Notes: a model not told the origin generated them from the letters alone. A stretch of DNA of 64,000 nt from Epiperipatus broadwayi (GCA_028023455.1 JAQFVV010000006.1:6448001-6512000), one strand, 5' to 3'. Shown: positions 13,477 to 28,580, counted from the stretch's first letter. Numbers and translations: made by a program.

Positions 13477-14589
13477 AGCCTGGATCTGAGTATGGAGAGT
13501 TGTGTCTGTTTTCATAACAGTTATAAGCAAGCATAAGAAATGGTGATCATGTGATATTTATTGACTTAAAATAAAAAAGGATTAAAAAAATTCAGATTTC
13601 AATTATAATTTTAGCTCTAATTAGTTAGCTATCTTAGTGGTAGAAGAGTGGATTCAAGAGTTAAAGGTTGATAAATCAAAGCTTAGCTTGTTCTTTTAGT
13701 ACTAAAATGTCATGTGATCCCCAAGCAGCTCATTGTTTGACTTTTTATTTAAGTAAAGTTCTTTATCAGGAGCAGTTCTTTTCATCCTCCAACAGAGCCA
13801 TCTATTGTGAGCTTGAGTAATCAATAGACACTAGGTGATAACATTATTCCCTCATTATCAGACTAGATTCTGGCCTATGATCTTTATATGTGCATACTTT
13901 TTGTTTGTTTCTAGAGATAGAATTAAAGTGCTTAAACAACTAACAGTCAATTTTTACAAGCAAAGTAATACCTCAGAATTAAAAAATAAAAACCTTAAAA
14001 TTTTGAAATGTAAGAACAGAAAGTCACGTTTTCGCATGGTATTTTATTTTACTGGCATATTTCTGTGTCTTAATGTCATAATTGATAAAGGAGATTATTA
14101 TTACTATCCAGGATTTCAAAAAATGATTTTAGAAGATGGAGAAGAGGAAAGATGTGTGTTTTCATGTTCTTTGTAAAAATCCATTTATTTTTCTTTACGC
14201 ATTGATAAAATTATAAAAAACAAATCCACTTTTCTTATTACTGTTACAATGCTTATTTAATTAAAATTAATCAACCTTACAGTTTTGATTGACCAGCAGT
14301 CTTCTTCAGAGTCATAGGATATATAGAAATACATAAAATATGCAAATAAATATTTGCTTATTCAAAAATGTATATAACCATTAGAAAACAGTTAACACTT
14401 AGACAATACCAATATAGATAACAATCAACAATTTCAAACTGTTGTCAAAGCAACATCCTTTTAACAATAAAGATGAAATTCTATTTTGGAATTGTCTAAG
14501 TGTTAACTGGTGTCTAATGGTTACTTATAAACCCATTTAGCCTTGAACATTATTACAGTTATTATTTAATGTATAGGGTATATGAGCAC

Positions 14590-15305
14590 AGACTTTCACA
14601 CTATTCACCACCCTCCACTCTATCTTATAACACTGATACACTTGAATACATATATGTTGAAAAGATAAATAATCACCATGTATTTCATGCTAAACCAGCA
14701 ATCATCAGCTGGTCCAGATTATCAACTCTTACACATATATGCAATAAGTGCTCAGATATATATTAAGATAGCCTATCTTTATACTTTAATGGACAGGCTT
14801 CAATCCACTCCACCCTCCAACTCTTCAACCATCCATCCAATTGAAAATCTGATAATGGAATGCTCACAGGCCATCCTGAGTCTGAGACTCTTATCACACC
14901 CATGTTGATCTAAAGTCAATCTGACCCCTCACATACAAGACATAATCCATTTAATACATATACAAGAGATGGGTAGATATCTCTACATGTAATAACTGAA
15001 ATGCAGGCTTATTATATATCTGTATCAATATATGTAATGTGTAGGTATATGAGCACAGGCTTTCACACTATCCACCACCCTCCACTCTATCTTATAACAC
15101 TGATATACTTGAATACATATATGTTGAAAAGATAAATAATCACCAATATGTGTATTTCATGCTAAACCAGTAATCATCAGTTGGTCCAGGTTATCATCTC
15201 TACACATATATGCAATAAGTGCTCAGATATATATTAAGATAGCCAATCTTTATACTTTAATGGACAGGCTTCAATCCACTCTACACTTCAACTCTTCAAC
15301 CGTCC
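14590..15305 (-). mobile_element. Two tandem family A copies
   Basis: tatgagcacag(a/g)ctttcacacta... repeats at about 14581 and 15049; both carry damaged hammerheads. Confidence 0.75.
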
Positions 15306-15409
15306 ATAAATTTATATATATATATTATGGCTTTGAAGAAGAGTATGGGCAACTGAAACCATAAGGTTAATTAATTTTAATAAAATAAGCATTATAAAAG
15401 TAATAAGAA

Positions 15410-15870
15410 ATAAATCCACCTTTCTTATTACTATTACAATGCTCATTTTATTAAAATCAACTTTACAGTTTCAATTGACCAGCAAACTTCTTTAGAGCTA
15501 ACATATAAATACATGAATGCACAAATAGTTTATCATTTGAATGAACAACTGTGTATTTTTGTATTTGTATATACCTTATAGCTGTGAAGAAGATTGCTAG
15601 ACAATCGAAACTGTAAGATTGATTAATTTTAATAAAATAGGTTTTGTTACAGTAATACGAAATATGGATTTCTTTATTTTTTTTTCTTATAATATTAATA
15701 TCATCTATTTTCTTTATTACTTTTTACAATGCTTTTTTACAACTCACTATTGATAGTTTCGATTGCCCCAGCAATCTTCTTCAGGACTATAACAAACACA
15801 GAAACTGTCAATAGTGGGTTGTAAAAAAGTATTGTTAAAAATAATAAAGAACATAGATGATATTAATATT
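15410..15870. repeat. Two adjacent fold-back family C elements
   Basis: Inverted pairs 15410-15500 / 15570-15680 and 15690-15765 / 15800-15870; a related copy lies at 14230-14320. Confidence 0.7.
15742..15789 (-). ncRNA. Hammerhead-like motif, family C
   Basis: Reverse complement reads CTGAAGA-A-GATTG(ctgggg)CAATC-GAAA-CTAT(ca)ATAG-T-G. Position 17 is G, so probably inactive. Confidence 0.5.
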
Positions 15871-17959
15871 ACATGGATTTGGCAATGCAATAAGAAAGAT
15901 AAAGTTATATTTTTTTATACATAAAAACTATTCATGATACCACTTAAATGACAGTATTAGTTATTTGAAAATCTTTAAAAATATAAGGCATCTTCAGTTA
16001 CTCTTCAATAATTGAGATTTTTCTTATTTACATCGCAACACAATTGGTAGACATTGTGTGTCAGTTTTCAGCTATCTAACTTCAAGAACAGTTATCACTG
16101 GCCCCACTTTGACCATTATGGCAGAATATAAGATTTATAAATATAATAACCATAAAATAATAAATTAGAAAATCAGATACTCTTGGACATGTTATTTTAT
16201 CATCCCAAATCCTAATCTAATATCTTCAACTTAGCAGGCCAGTATGCAACCTCTAGGAACAGCTTAGGATTCGTAATTTTTTTTTGTTGTTTTAAAGCTA
16301 ACAATATGTATACTGTTTATCTCCGCATATGTTTTGAATATATTAAAGCCCTGCGTATGTTTAGGGCAGAGATCGGTGACAATGAAGGTCAAGGTCTACG
16401 AATCGCGACCTAGCTTACTTTTTTCCGTGCCCGAACTTCTTAAGACCATGTGGGCGATAAACTATTCGTTTATTTGACATATTTAAATATATACACAATT
16501 GTTTATCTTTTTTAAAAAAAAAAAAAACGCTAAAATTATTGCTAAATTGTGAAAAAGTTTTATAAAACAAAATGTTCAGTTCCTTTTACTTATTTTAATC
16601 TAATCTTTTCAGACCAAGTTAACAAATTGACTTCCTGTTTGAAAGTTTAAAGGTTACAGCAAGAAAAGGAGGTTGACTTTTAAATTAAAATATAGAGTAA
16701 TTTAAAGTTTAGCAGAACATGATAATCTCAAATATCATACTTTGACAACTTTTTTAAACAATAACGGTCTCAATTTTTATATTTCAACCTTTTAATTTCA
16801 TTAATAATAATAATAGTACAAATTATTCATTATTTTTGTTTTAGTTGGCAGTTAGGTGTATAAAATTGTTGTTGTTTTTTAACAATATATATAGTAGTAT
16901 ATAAAATTATACAAGTCTTATAAAATAAACTTTTTCACATGCTTTTATCCATATGGTAGTTATATGTTGGACTATTTCCATCACTTAATATTAATTGTTA
17001 AACTTAAAATTATCAAAAAACTTTATTTAAACTTTTCATATACATTCAACTGTTAATTATAGCTCACTTCTTTAGGTATTGTTGGCCGGACCATCAACAG
17101 ACTGGGTCATTATATTTGTGAATTTTAAGGTAGCATGTACTATCATTTGTCAGACTAGAAACACTTGAAGAAGAGAGGGGAATAATACCATTTTAAATGT
17201 TTTGAATATATAATTTTTTCTACAGTACAGGCTTTTCTTCATATCTGCACTCCAATATATAATATATAGGGGTTTGAACTCAGACTTTCACACGATCCTC
17301 AACTATCCATGCTATTTCATACTGCTGACACATTTGATTACACACATGTTGCATGATAAACAATCACCAATATACATATTTCATGCTAAACCATTAAATA
17401 CCAATCTGGGTCGATTATTCTGAGTTTAATGTAAGTGCAAAGTTTAAATACAGCTTGAATTTTTCTAAAAGCAGTTAACAATTAAGATTAGATGATGAAA
17501 ATTGTCCGACATATCATTGTAACGACAGTATCATCACAACAAACTTTCAGCCCTGCATTCTTTATTCATATGTGTCAAGAGTTTGTAGATTGAAAGTATT
17601 AATTGTATCTTTATAAAAAGAGCTATTTATAATAAGATTTTGCAGCCTCGTCTCATTCCTATAAATCTATACTTTTTAAACTATATTTCTAGGTCATTAA
17701 GTGAGTTCTACCATTATCCTGAACAATTTCCTATTAATGTTAAAATCAAAATAGTAGGTACCCTTACTCCATTTTCAAATGCATCAAACACGTATGAACT
17801 TATGTGATTATTTCATCTCCAGAATAACAAAAATAAGAAAGAAAGACATGAACTCTACACTCTTTCTGGCTTAACTTTTAATTGCATATATGAAGACAAT
17901 CAAAATGTAATCAAGTAGCTTAATTTAAAGATTAAGAGAGAGAATGCTGTACTCAGTTA

Positions 17960-18780
17960 CTGCATGATGATCAAGCCCTTGCACATTAGAGGTTACCTCC
18001 ATCCACTCTCAAAATCCCCCAAATCACATAAACGTGCAGAGCTATCTGCTTTTTTTATTTCACAATCATCATCTATGCAAATTAGAATCTGATAAGAAAA
18101 ACAATATCACCAGCTACATCAGAGATTTAATACATGTGGGTTTCAACCACAGACCAATAGCCAACAGAATTTGAATGCTTTCATAAAAAACTTCATCAAA
18201 ACAATAAAGAAGAAGATAGACAACACCTAACTGTGGCATACATTCCAGCGGTGGTGAAAAACTACAGTAAAACTTTACATAAAGAATTCAAACTGGAATT
18301 TAGATCCCTTCCAAACACCAATAGCCTCATTAATAACTCTAAAGACAAACAAAACATTGAAGCAACCCCCCAGGGGGTGTATAGAATTACATGCCCTCAC
18401 ATGGGGTGTAGTGCTGTTTATTATGGTGAAACACACCACAAATGGCAATAGATTGGCTCAACACAAATACACACACACAAGCAATAACCAAAAAAAGAAG
18501 GCAGTTCCATGTTCGCTGACCATCAGCAAGAGCTTATCAATAGATTTGAGCCCTCCAAAGCTGATATATTATGTACAGAGAGGAATGACATCAAGAGAAA
18601 AATCAAGGAAGCTTGTTTTATTACCAGCAACACCAACTCTATAAATAGAAAAGACATTTGCTTTGCCATTTCCAGAAAATGGATAAAAAAATATTTCTGC
18701 ATATATTTGCATACAATTATACTGACAATCTACAAGGCTATGATTATGGAGTAATGAAACTCTGAGAGTGCTCAGCCTAA
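17960..18780 (+). mobile_element. Degenerate Penelope-like retroelement: RT thumb remnant, GIY-YIG endonuclease and decayed 3' hammerhead
   Basis: Frameshifted ORFs 18233-18754 give GVYRITCPHMGCSAVYYGET...RLAQHK...RKIKEACFIT...INRK, a GIY-YIG domain with Cys/His ligands. Upstream KPLHIRGYLH..SQNPPNH resembles the PLE K.T....YL...S.HP motif. A decayed hammerhead lies at 18738-18778. Confidence 0.85.
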
Positions 18781-21700
18781 ATAAATTGCTATGCAGAATA
18801 GTTTCACCTTCAATGCATTAGCATATTATTAATTAAAGAAAGACAAAGGATAACAATTCAAAAACAAAGAAATAATAAAAAGGGGAAAGTACTAGAGTTT
18901 GTAACATAAATATATCATAAGAATAAATTTCAGTGTTACTTATTAAATAAATAGTTGAATGATTTATTGTTGAAAAAATTATAGAAATGTGAGCATTGAA
19001 AATGAGAGATTTGGAAACTACATTTATAACCCTTATAATCAGTCACTCTAAGAAGGTTAATGCCAGTGCCTTATGACTAGTCATGTGCTTGTACACATGT
19101 TTTCAAGAACAATTATTTCCATTCTATTCTAAATACATTTGTTATAAGGTTGAGGAATCAAGGGAAGCCAAATGACATGGTGTATCTACTAGATATATGT
19201 GCTTAATTCCAGGTTTAAATCCTGGTCTTCACTGACGAATGCAAAAGCCAGAAACTGGTGTGGAAATGGTGATATTGTAGTAGTAACTATCTGGTGTCTA
19301 TTAATTACTCAAGCTTACAGTAGATGGCTCTAGAGTAGGATGAAAATAACTGATATTGGAAGTCATGTGAAAAACCAAAGGGCAAGACAATCACACATTT
19401 TTATTGAATTGATTAAGTTAGTGATTATTATTTTTGTATTTTCTCACCTTAAAATCAATCCAGGAATCTGCAGCTCTTACATCTATAACTCTTAATGCAG
19501 TACAATGCCACACAGTATTATGGGGAAAATGAAAGGATAATTTTAAAAAAGGTTTAAAATGTTCTTTATAAATGTTGAGCAGTTATAAGATAGAACAAGA
19601 AATGGAGGATATATAAAGAAGTCAAATGTATATATAAGATATAACAATTTAATTCCCAGAATGCACTTTGTAAAATATACATGTGGAAGTGTAAACTAAT
19701 GGCTACTATTGTCTTTAAAATAGTCCCCTTATGTATCTATATTCTGATTAAAATGGCATTCCCATTTCTGAAAGTATACCTGGAACTCATTTTCAGGAAT
19801 ACTGTTAAGCAGCTATCCTTCATTCTTTTGAATATCAGTTATAGTAGAAAATCTTCGTTCTTTCAGTACAGATGTTTAATATTGGAAATAACTAAAAATC
19901 ACAGGGAGCTGAGTCAGGTGAATAGGCAGGGTGGTTTAGTTGTGTAATTGATTTTTTGGGCAGAAAGTCTCAGTTCATTCATCAAGATCTGAGACACAAA
20001 CATTGCAGAAATTTTTCTTATGCCCAATTCTTTACTTAAAATTAGTCATTCTTACTTAAAATTAGTCTGTTTCTAGATTAATCCTCAATTCTTCAGCAAT
20101 CAATCTTACACTGTAATGTATCTGGCACTTTGTTAATATTAGCACCAGTCATTGTACATTCCCATGTGCATAGATGTATACATTTAACGATAAAATAAAT
20201 TAGATTTGGGGAAAATAAAGAAAACTTTTCCCTATAGAAGATTTCACTTTGTTATTTAGCCAATGATGGATTGCTTCAGATAAACATTTGAACTGCAAAT
20301 AAAATGAACTTTGAGTTGCTAATACCTTAAACACTACTATTTTTAATATTTTCTATTCTAGAAATATTAGATATAATGTTGAATATAATTTAATAATTAA
20401 TATTCTTTTAATCTTCCTGTTCATATATATATATAATTCTATTCACTCTTTTTTTCATGATCTAATTTATTTTTTTATCGTACCATCTTTAGTCAAATAG
20501 ATTAAATGCAGGGCCTAGTCTCACAAGCCTTTCGTGGCTTTGATTATGTTTAAGCATTAATATATGGTAGTGTTTTATTTCCATACGACGTTTATGCCAC
20601 CTAGTGTAAACTTTAGTAATCAAGATATGTCAGATTGAAGTGTTGCCTATCCAGTGCAATCCTATGCCAGATTACAGTGCATAATGAATGATTTTCAAGT
20701 GCTATCCTATCCAATATCTCCAGACTAGATCCAAGTTTTTTGGCTTTCATCGGTGGGCAATTTTGAATCTAGTGTAAAATTTACACTAGATGGCATAGCT
20801 GAGAGAGAAAAAATGATACTCAGCAGCAATATGTAAGGAAGTATCATGTGATTAATATGGGATTGAGTTTTATCATAGCTATATTTCCATCCCGTGAATG
20901 ACCGTACAATATCCTGCACATAAATAGCTATGATAGGACATCCAATGAAATGTTATAAATTAAAGACAGTGCTGATTAACAGAGTATATTCATACAAATC
21001 ACTGGAAATATTAGATACAACTTTAACGCATTTACGATTGTGCTTGACAATGGTACCCAACACTGAAATGCGTTATGGTTGTATTTAATATTTATAATGC
21101 TTTCTCCGATGTTTTCACATTGTTTAATGCAATGATATAACAATGGATTTTAAAACCTACACTAATAAATCAATTTTGTTTTAGTTCTAGCTTTTGCTAA
21201 CGAATGAATGCAAAACCAGAAAAATAAAAGATAGCTGCAAGAGAGTTAAAACCAAAGCATCCACAAATGTTATCATGCATTCTATTCAACTACTTGTAAC
21301 ATCACTAGAAACGTTAAGATCAATGGATCATGGCACATTCTGTCACTTTCGGTGCTCAAACTTATTACAAATTCTCATATGAACTCCCGAGTAATAAATC
21401 AATTGATTCTTTATTTGTTGCATATGCAGTTATTCTGACTTTGTCTTTTTCTTTTCACTTCATTTTTTGTTATTATTCTATCTTTGCTTTTTTCTTTTCT
21501 TTGGATTAGAATAGTCAAATAAATTTATGAGTGACTGTTAGTGATGATGATGATGATGTTTTTTAAATGTGTAACTCTTACATGAAAATAATAATAATGC
21601 AAATAGTAATAAATATAATTAAATAGCTTTGATAATAAAATGATCAAATGGTCATTCCGTATTGGATAACAATATATTACACAAATTCTTACCTATATTA

Positions 21701-23198
21701 TTGGTATATATTTTAGGTAGCAAATATATTTCTCGTACTACACTTTTGCAACTTGATGTGTGCTTGAATAATCAATAGATATCAGCTAATAATGCTTAAT
21801 AAATTCCTATGTGATATTGCCCTATCCACAGTCCATATTCCACGTGTTTCCGGCTTTAAATCAGTGAAGGACTTCTGATCTGGCTCTAGTGGACCTGGGC
21901 TATTTAAATCTCATGCACCTTTCCTCAGGAAGTCATTAGTTACTTCCTTTTGTTTTTTTACTATCAAGCTATCAGCCTGAAACTCAAAAACATCTTGATG
22001 TTTTGAATCAAAGCCGATTTGCTCATATAGTTATATAGACCCGATGTCTGCTCAAAATCTATACATTTTGGTCTCCTCAGTTTTTAAATAACAGTAGATC
22101 CTTATATTTCTTTATAAGAATTGTTATAGTCCCAACAAAGCATCAGGAGAGTTTTGCCTTCACATTAGTTTTAAGATTTGCTATTTAAAAATAAAGGCAG
22201 AAGTCAGGTGACTGCATAATAACAAATTAATACTTGGAATATAATGATTTGTTTTTAGGTAGTAATAAATAACAATATGTAAATATTTGAAACAGGGCAT
22301 GTCTTGTAGCTCAAAAGGGACTCCAAATCTGTCAATTGTAATGCTCACACTTCATATGAATTCTTGATTAATATACTACTCATTTTTTTAATGTTTTATT
22401 GAAATAATGTTCGTATATATTCAATACAAGAATTTACCAACACAGGTATGTATACAACAGGGTTAAAAATAAAAATAAAGGAACAACAGTCTTCTGGGAT
22501 CACCAAGTAGCTACAGGCCATGTATTCGAACCCAGTTCTGCCCAAATAATTTGCACAGAGAAAAGTGATGCCAAAAGAAAAGTCAAAGTAGCTTTTTACA
22601 TAGCAAATGATCTCAGTGCCATTAATAGAAGAGAGGCATGCTTTGCTCTCTCCAAACAATGGACTAACTAATTAAAAATTCAAACTCATTTGCATATGTG
22701 TACAATAAATCACAACAGTCTTCATTTGTAAAGCTATGAGTATGAGATTTGAACATTAAATCTCGAAAGCACTAAGCAGAAATATTTCACATTATAGTAT
22801 AATTATAGCTTCACTAGTGTATGCGAAAAAAAATCGCATATTTATAATTATAATTATATATTTAAAGTGATTTCATATACAAGATGTTTACAATTACATA
22901 AAAACTTCCTGGTATATATAAAATGCAAGAAGACAAAAAAAAAACAAATTATGTTGTATAAGTCAATATGTTCTTATTTGTCACATCTCTTATAATATAT
23001 CGTAGTGTTTATTTTCATATGTTAAAAACATTTTCATATATTACAAACCATTAACAATTAGCGTAGAGTCCTGACAAGGTGCTTGACTTCTGCGAACTTC
23101 GAACAATAAATCATTCAATTTTTTTCTTATTGGAATGTATATTTATACATTCAAACTGTTTATTTTCATGTGGTATAAACATTTTCATATATTACAAA

Positions 23199-23537
23199 GA
23201 AATCAAGTCATTTGTCACATGACCTAATTTAAGAAGCTTGTATTACAAATGTTATATATAGAGCTCACAAATAAACTCTTAACAAGCTTTGCAGAATATC
23301 CCCAACCCCAGACCGATTTCTGCTACTGGATTGGAAGACATATAGATGTCTGAAAATTTCAGATTTTCTACTTAATAGTTATCCATTAGATAAAGTTCTG
23401 GGCTTATCCTGGTATTTTTAATCTAATTCTTGAATATCCTAGCACCTCACTGAGGAAGCCAATAGCAGAAACTGGTCTAGGGTTGGGGATATTCTGCAAA
23501 GCTTGTTAAGAGCTTATTTGTGAGCTCTATATATAAC
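23199..23537. mobile_element. Fold-back hammerhead element, family B, about 8-bp TSD
   Basis: Inverted segment about 23250-23330 vs 23450-23535. attacaaa occurs at 23191-23198 and 23538-23545. An uninterrupted paralogous site is at about 23040. Confidence 0.75.
23445..23481 (+). ncRNA. Minimal hammerhead variant, family B
   Basis: cctca-CTGAGGA-A-GC(caata)GC-A-GAAA-CTGG-TC/tagg. Confidence 0.65.
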
Positions 23538-23989
23538 ATTACAAACCATTAACAATTAACATACAGCTTTAAGAGGTTGCTTGAACTTCTTAAAAACCAT
23601 TCATTTTTTTATTGGAATATATATTTTTATATACAAACTAATTTCATATTCAGGCAATTCTTTACTGATGTAAATACTTCTTGACATGTGTAAAGTAACA
23701 ATTTATAATATGATATATGAAACACTACTACTGCCTTTTCTTGTTTGTCTTATACTGGAGGAGCATTTCTTGTGGTATAATGTGTTTATTTTTATTTGCT
23801 AAAAAATATATTATACATTGCTAACAGTTAATATCCACTTGAATGAGAATTTGAATTATGCAACAAATTGACATAAGCAATTATTTCCCATTGGAATAAA
23901 CTGATGAATTATCATTAATAAGAATAATTGTATAATCTGCCATTTGGGAGATGTAAAATTCAAGAACCAGAAGTGAGAAATATGAACTT

Positions 23990-24490
23990 CAATTTAGAGA
24001 TCTTTCAAGTACCCATTAACTATCCACATTATGTCTTACCACTTATACACATGGCCACATACATCTAGAAAAGATAAATAATCATCAATATGCAATATAC
24101 ATATTTTGTGCTAAACTAGCACTCATCAATTGGTCCAGATTATCATCTCCCACACACACATATATAATCAGTGTTCAGTTTACATTGAGTTAGTAAATCT
24201 TCAGTTTATACTAAGATAGAAAATCTGCATGTAGATTTATCTTAATATAAACTGAACACTGATTATGTATGTGTGTGGGAGATGATAATCTGGACCAACT
24301 GATGAGTGCTGGTTTAGCATGAAATATGGATATTGGTGATTATTTATCTTTTCTACATGTGGTCATGTATATCAATGGTATGAGATAGTGTGGATAATTG
24401 ACGGGTACTTAAAAGTCTGAGTTCAAATGTCCTATATTTACAATTAAACTCGTTATATGAAGAATGCCTGTGTTTCAAATATTTAAATAG
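23990..24490. mobile_element. Fold-back hammerhead element, family A
   Basis: Arm about 24000-24195 is the reverse complement of about 24240-24430. Confidence 0.8.
24284..24343 (+). ncRNA. Minimal hammerhead ribozyme, family A
   Basis: ccaa-CTGATGA-GTGCT(ggttt)AGCAT-GAAA-tatgga-TA/ttgg; G-U at the base of stem II. Confidence 0.75.
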
Positions 24491-25339
24491 TATTTTTTAT
24501 AAAAATCTTGTGCGAATCTCTTTCTATTACATATAGCCATCCCTTTTCCCCAAATAAGTTAACAAAATATTACTAATCATTTTCATATTAAGTTTCCAAA
24601 TGTTTTTAGCTCTTAATAAAAATGACAAGTGTTTTTCTTTATAACTACATACTTAGTTGAAAAATGAACAGTAAAGCACTTTTCTTTTAAAAACAAAAAT
24701 ACATTGGAAACAACTTTAAAATATAATAAATGAAATGTTTTCCCTATTTACTGTTTTAACAAATGGAAACAAAAATAAATTTTGTTTTTAAAAACAGTTC
24801 ATAAAGTACACAGATAGAAAGTAAATCACTGAATATTTAAATTGGCAACAGATGACGCTAAAATAGCGGAGAAGTGCTAAATAAATTAATAAATTTAAAT
24901 GTATATTATTATGATTTCTAATTAATAGATCAATTACTGACAAGTAAATAGATTTATGTATTTTTTAATGTCCCAAATCACTTAAAATACAGGTAAATTA
25001 ATATTAATAGAAACACAACTAATTCAAAAACTTCGATCATGCGGACAAAATTACAAGGTCTTGTTTTATTGGTTTAATTATTGCTACATAAAAACATCGG
25101 GCTTATATTATAGTCTATATTTTAATATATACTTTATTAATATAAAAAATTATACAGTATATAAAGAAGTATTTCCGTATATGCATATTATAGATAATAA
25201 AAACTTATTTTTAATTTTCAGCAGAATTTCAGACATAATTCACCAATCAGAAAGATTTTGAAATATGGATTTTAAATTAATGTATAATATACTTGCAGAT
25301 GATTTAAATTAAACCAACTAGAAAAGGAAATTCCTTCCT

Positions 25340-25652
25340 TTTTTTTCTTAATAGTTCTTCTTTTTTTTCTATATAAAATTTTTTTGTATAAAAAAAAATT
25401 CTCATTATATTGTAATTAATTTTATTATTTTTTTTTTTTTTTTATTTTATATAATATTTATTTATATATGATTTTTATTTTTAAATATTATATTTTTTTT
25501 TTATATAAAAAAATAAAAAAAAATATTTTTTTTTTAATATAAATTATTTTATTTAATATTAATTATATTTATTAGATTTTGGTTTTATAAATTTATATTT
25601 TATAAATTAATAATTAATTTATTTTTTTTTTTTATATAAATTTTAATTTTTT

Positions 25653-25686
<34 letters not shown>

Positions 25687-25690
25687 TATG
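25340..25690. repeat. Near-pure A/T low-complexity tract
   Basis: Almost no G or C; long poly-T runs. Confidence 0.85.
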
Positions 25691-25959
25691 CTTATTAAAC
25701 CTCTATTTCACCACGCACATGCTTCAAAACATGAATAACGATATCTAAAAATAATAAAATGCATTTTGGGTCAAAACAGTTCTTTTCAATTATCAATAGA
25801 ATATCCATAATTTAATTATGAATCGAAAGTGTAATATAATATATGAGGAGTAAAAAATTAGCCGTACTATGACTGTAGCAATTCTACAATCAGAGTGCAG
25901 TAAATTTTTGACTCACCCTTGTATATAGACATATTTTATTTGGCTATTAATGAGGGTAT

Positions 25960-26345
25960 ATGTATCATCATCATCAACTATTACCAATCCACTGCAGGTT
26001 AAAGTTCTCTCCAAGTTCAATCCATCTTCTCCGATCTTTAGCTTCTCTTCTTCACATCACCCCTGCACACTTTCTTATTTCATTCATTCATCTCACATAT
26101 GGTCTCTTTCTGGGTCTCTTACAATCTCTTGGAATCTGGTTTAAGATTTTAATTGTCCATCTATTATCATCTCTTCTACCAATATGTCCAGTCCAAAATA
26201 TGTCCAGTCCAACTCCAGTCTTAATTTTTTCAATGAGGTCAGTAACACCTGTTTGTTCTCTTACCCATATATTGAATTTTCAATCTCTTCTTGTTACTCC
26301 TAACATGCATCTCTCCATACTTCTTTGACTGGTCTGAAGTAGTAA
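25960..26345 (-). mobile_element. RTE-clade LINE 3' fragment
   Basis: Reverse complement gives MERCMLGVTRRD...WVREQTGVTDLIEKI...W, a typical RTE post-RT motif. Confidence 0.75.
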
Positions 26346-28224
26346 AACACATTTATTAAAAACCTTCCTTTTCAAACACATAGGCATATTTCCTTTTAGT
26401 ATTAACTTATTTATACCAAAGCACTCCAACCAAGTAATGCAGATGTAAATTTATATGAATTCAAGTAGGTGTGTTCATTATTTATATACACATATACTTT
26501 TTTTTCCATATGTCATAGCATCAGCTGGGAGGCGAATCTGCAACAACCGTCTGCAACCAACTGCTTGCTCGCTGACCTCTCAACTAACAATGCTTGACAT
26601 ACACATATATTTTTATGTAACAATTAAGCACTATGCTGCAAGAAAGTATATAACCAAATTAATTCCCAATATTTCTGAATTGCATTTAATATTTTTATAT
26701 ACTACTGACTTAGTGAAAAAACACAGCTGACTGATTTTCCTAAATATATATATATATATATACTGTAAATATATTTATTTATATATATATATATATATAC
26801 TGTAAATATATTTATTTAAAAAACTTTCAATTATTAAGTGAATTAACCATTTGAATATCTGATCTTCCTATCAGAAATGATAGGCTTTCTATTAAATATC
26901 ACCATTATAAATTGGTTTGTTTCAAAGCATGAATTGATATGTAATTAAATATTTACACATACATAATATAATGAGTATGCTAACAGTTCGAAACAAGCTT
27001 TTCTGATTAAAATCTCTACCTAGAATTATCCCTAGCCCCAAAATATGTATATGTTAAAATAAATATTTTTATGATGTAAGTAAAGAAATGAACGAAAACA
27101 TTTCTGCAGTGTTTTTAGGTAATTATCAATAACTATCAATAGCTTTAAAAAAAATTACTTTTTCTGGTAACACCCAACAGCTTTTTGATCTTAAGTTTAT
27201 TTAAAATTTTAACCCATATGAAGTTAAACCCTGACATATATTTTTATAAGAATTTAGAAAATCTCATCTCTTTATATGTTGTAAATATTATTTTATTTAC
27301 CATAATGAAAATAATTCACTTTATATACATAGCTCTCTGGGGGAGATGAAATCATATTTACAGGATATAAAAAGGTGATATTCTTCTAAGTCCCTTTGCT
27401 TATAAAAATAATACGTCTGTGTTTAAATTCATCTTATATCTTGGGTTAAAAATAAAAGAGGGGTTCTCTTTTTTGTATCTAAATAAACTCAAGGTCAACA
27501 GCTAATACAAATTACTAGAGAAGTGATAGTTACCTACCAACACCATTGGTAAAATATTCCTTTAGTTATTACGCAAAAATATCCCAAATCATTTCTTTGT
27601 TCAGTGTTGAATTAGAATTCGTATAAATTTGAATAGTTGATTAAAATATACAAGGCCAAAAATAGATAAATTGGATTAGTCTAATGTCTATTGTGGTGGG
27701 TTGCAGTAAATTGGATTGGCCATTTATATACTGAAGTGAAGTTGAGGACAACAAAAATACAGCATTCACTTATGTACAAAACAATTAAAGCTCATTTAAC
27801 AAAAGTGGCCATTATTTTATAGTTATGAAAAGGAATATGGATATTGTTTTATCCTGGTATTGTTGAGGTGATTTGCGAGGAAAGAAATTATGAAAAAGCA
27901 AAAGATTAAGGAGGCTTCGTTCATTGAACAAAATGAATATGTCATAAATGAGAGACCCAATAGCATTCAAATAAGTAAGAAATCGGTTTTTAAAATTTTT
28001 TAGTCGTAAAATATTGTCGGTATTTTTTGTTTGTGTGTTTATTAACCATGATTATGACGCCAATATATTCAAAGTATATTCTATTTAATTAGATTTTATT
28101 TTTATTCTCTGTTGCAGTCTTTTAATATTATATATATATATATATTTATATGTATTTGTGTATATAAGTATAAGTAAATGTGTTCATAATTGTGTATGAA
28201 TATGTACATATACTTGCCTAATTA

Positions 28225-28580
28225 GAAGGGCCTTGAACTCAGACTTTCAAGCTCTCTACAGCTATGCACTTCATTTTACACAATTGATATATATATATAT
28301 ATGACCACATACATATGAAAAAGATAAATAATCTTCATTATACTTATTTCATGCAAACCAGCACTCCTCAGTTGGTCCAGATCACTACCTCCCACACTTA
28401 TATACGATCAGTGTTGGTTCAGTAAGAAATATGTACATTGGAGATCATTTATCTTTTTCACATATATGTGGTTATGGGTGTCAGTTATATAAGATAGAGT
28501 GTAGGGAGCTTGAAAGTCGGAGTTCAAGTCCCTTTTACTTATATTAAGTTTAATGTAGATAATGTACTAATATTTGAATA
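28225..28580. mobile_element. Fold-back family A element (truncated)
   Basis: cccttgaactcagactttcaagctc... (about 28230) is inverted at about 28500-28535; a minus-strand CTGAGGA core lies near 28335-28378. Confidence 0.7.

Noticed and set aside
14569-14908. Short ORFs here and at 34673-34909
   Set aside because: They fall within family A repeats and have no coding signature.
16320-16460. GC/CpG-rich patch with a minus-strand GTAAG donor-like site
   Set aside because: No frame resembles MMP or any protein I recognise, and the acceptor is weak.
25340-25690. Extreme A/T tract as a functional element
   Set aside because: Low complexity and possibly low-quality assembly; no structure to support a function.
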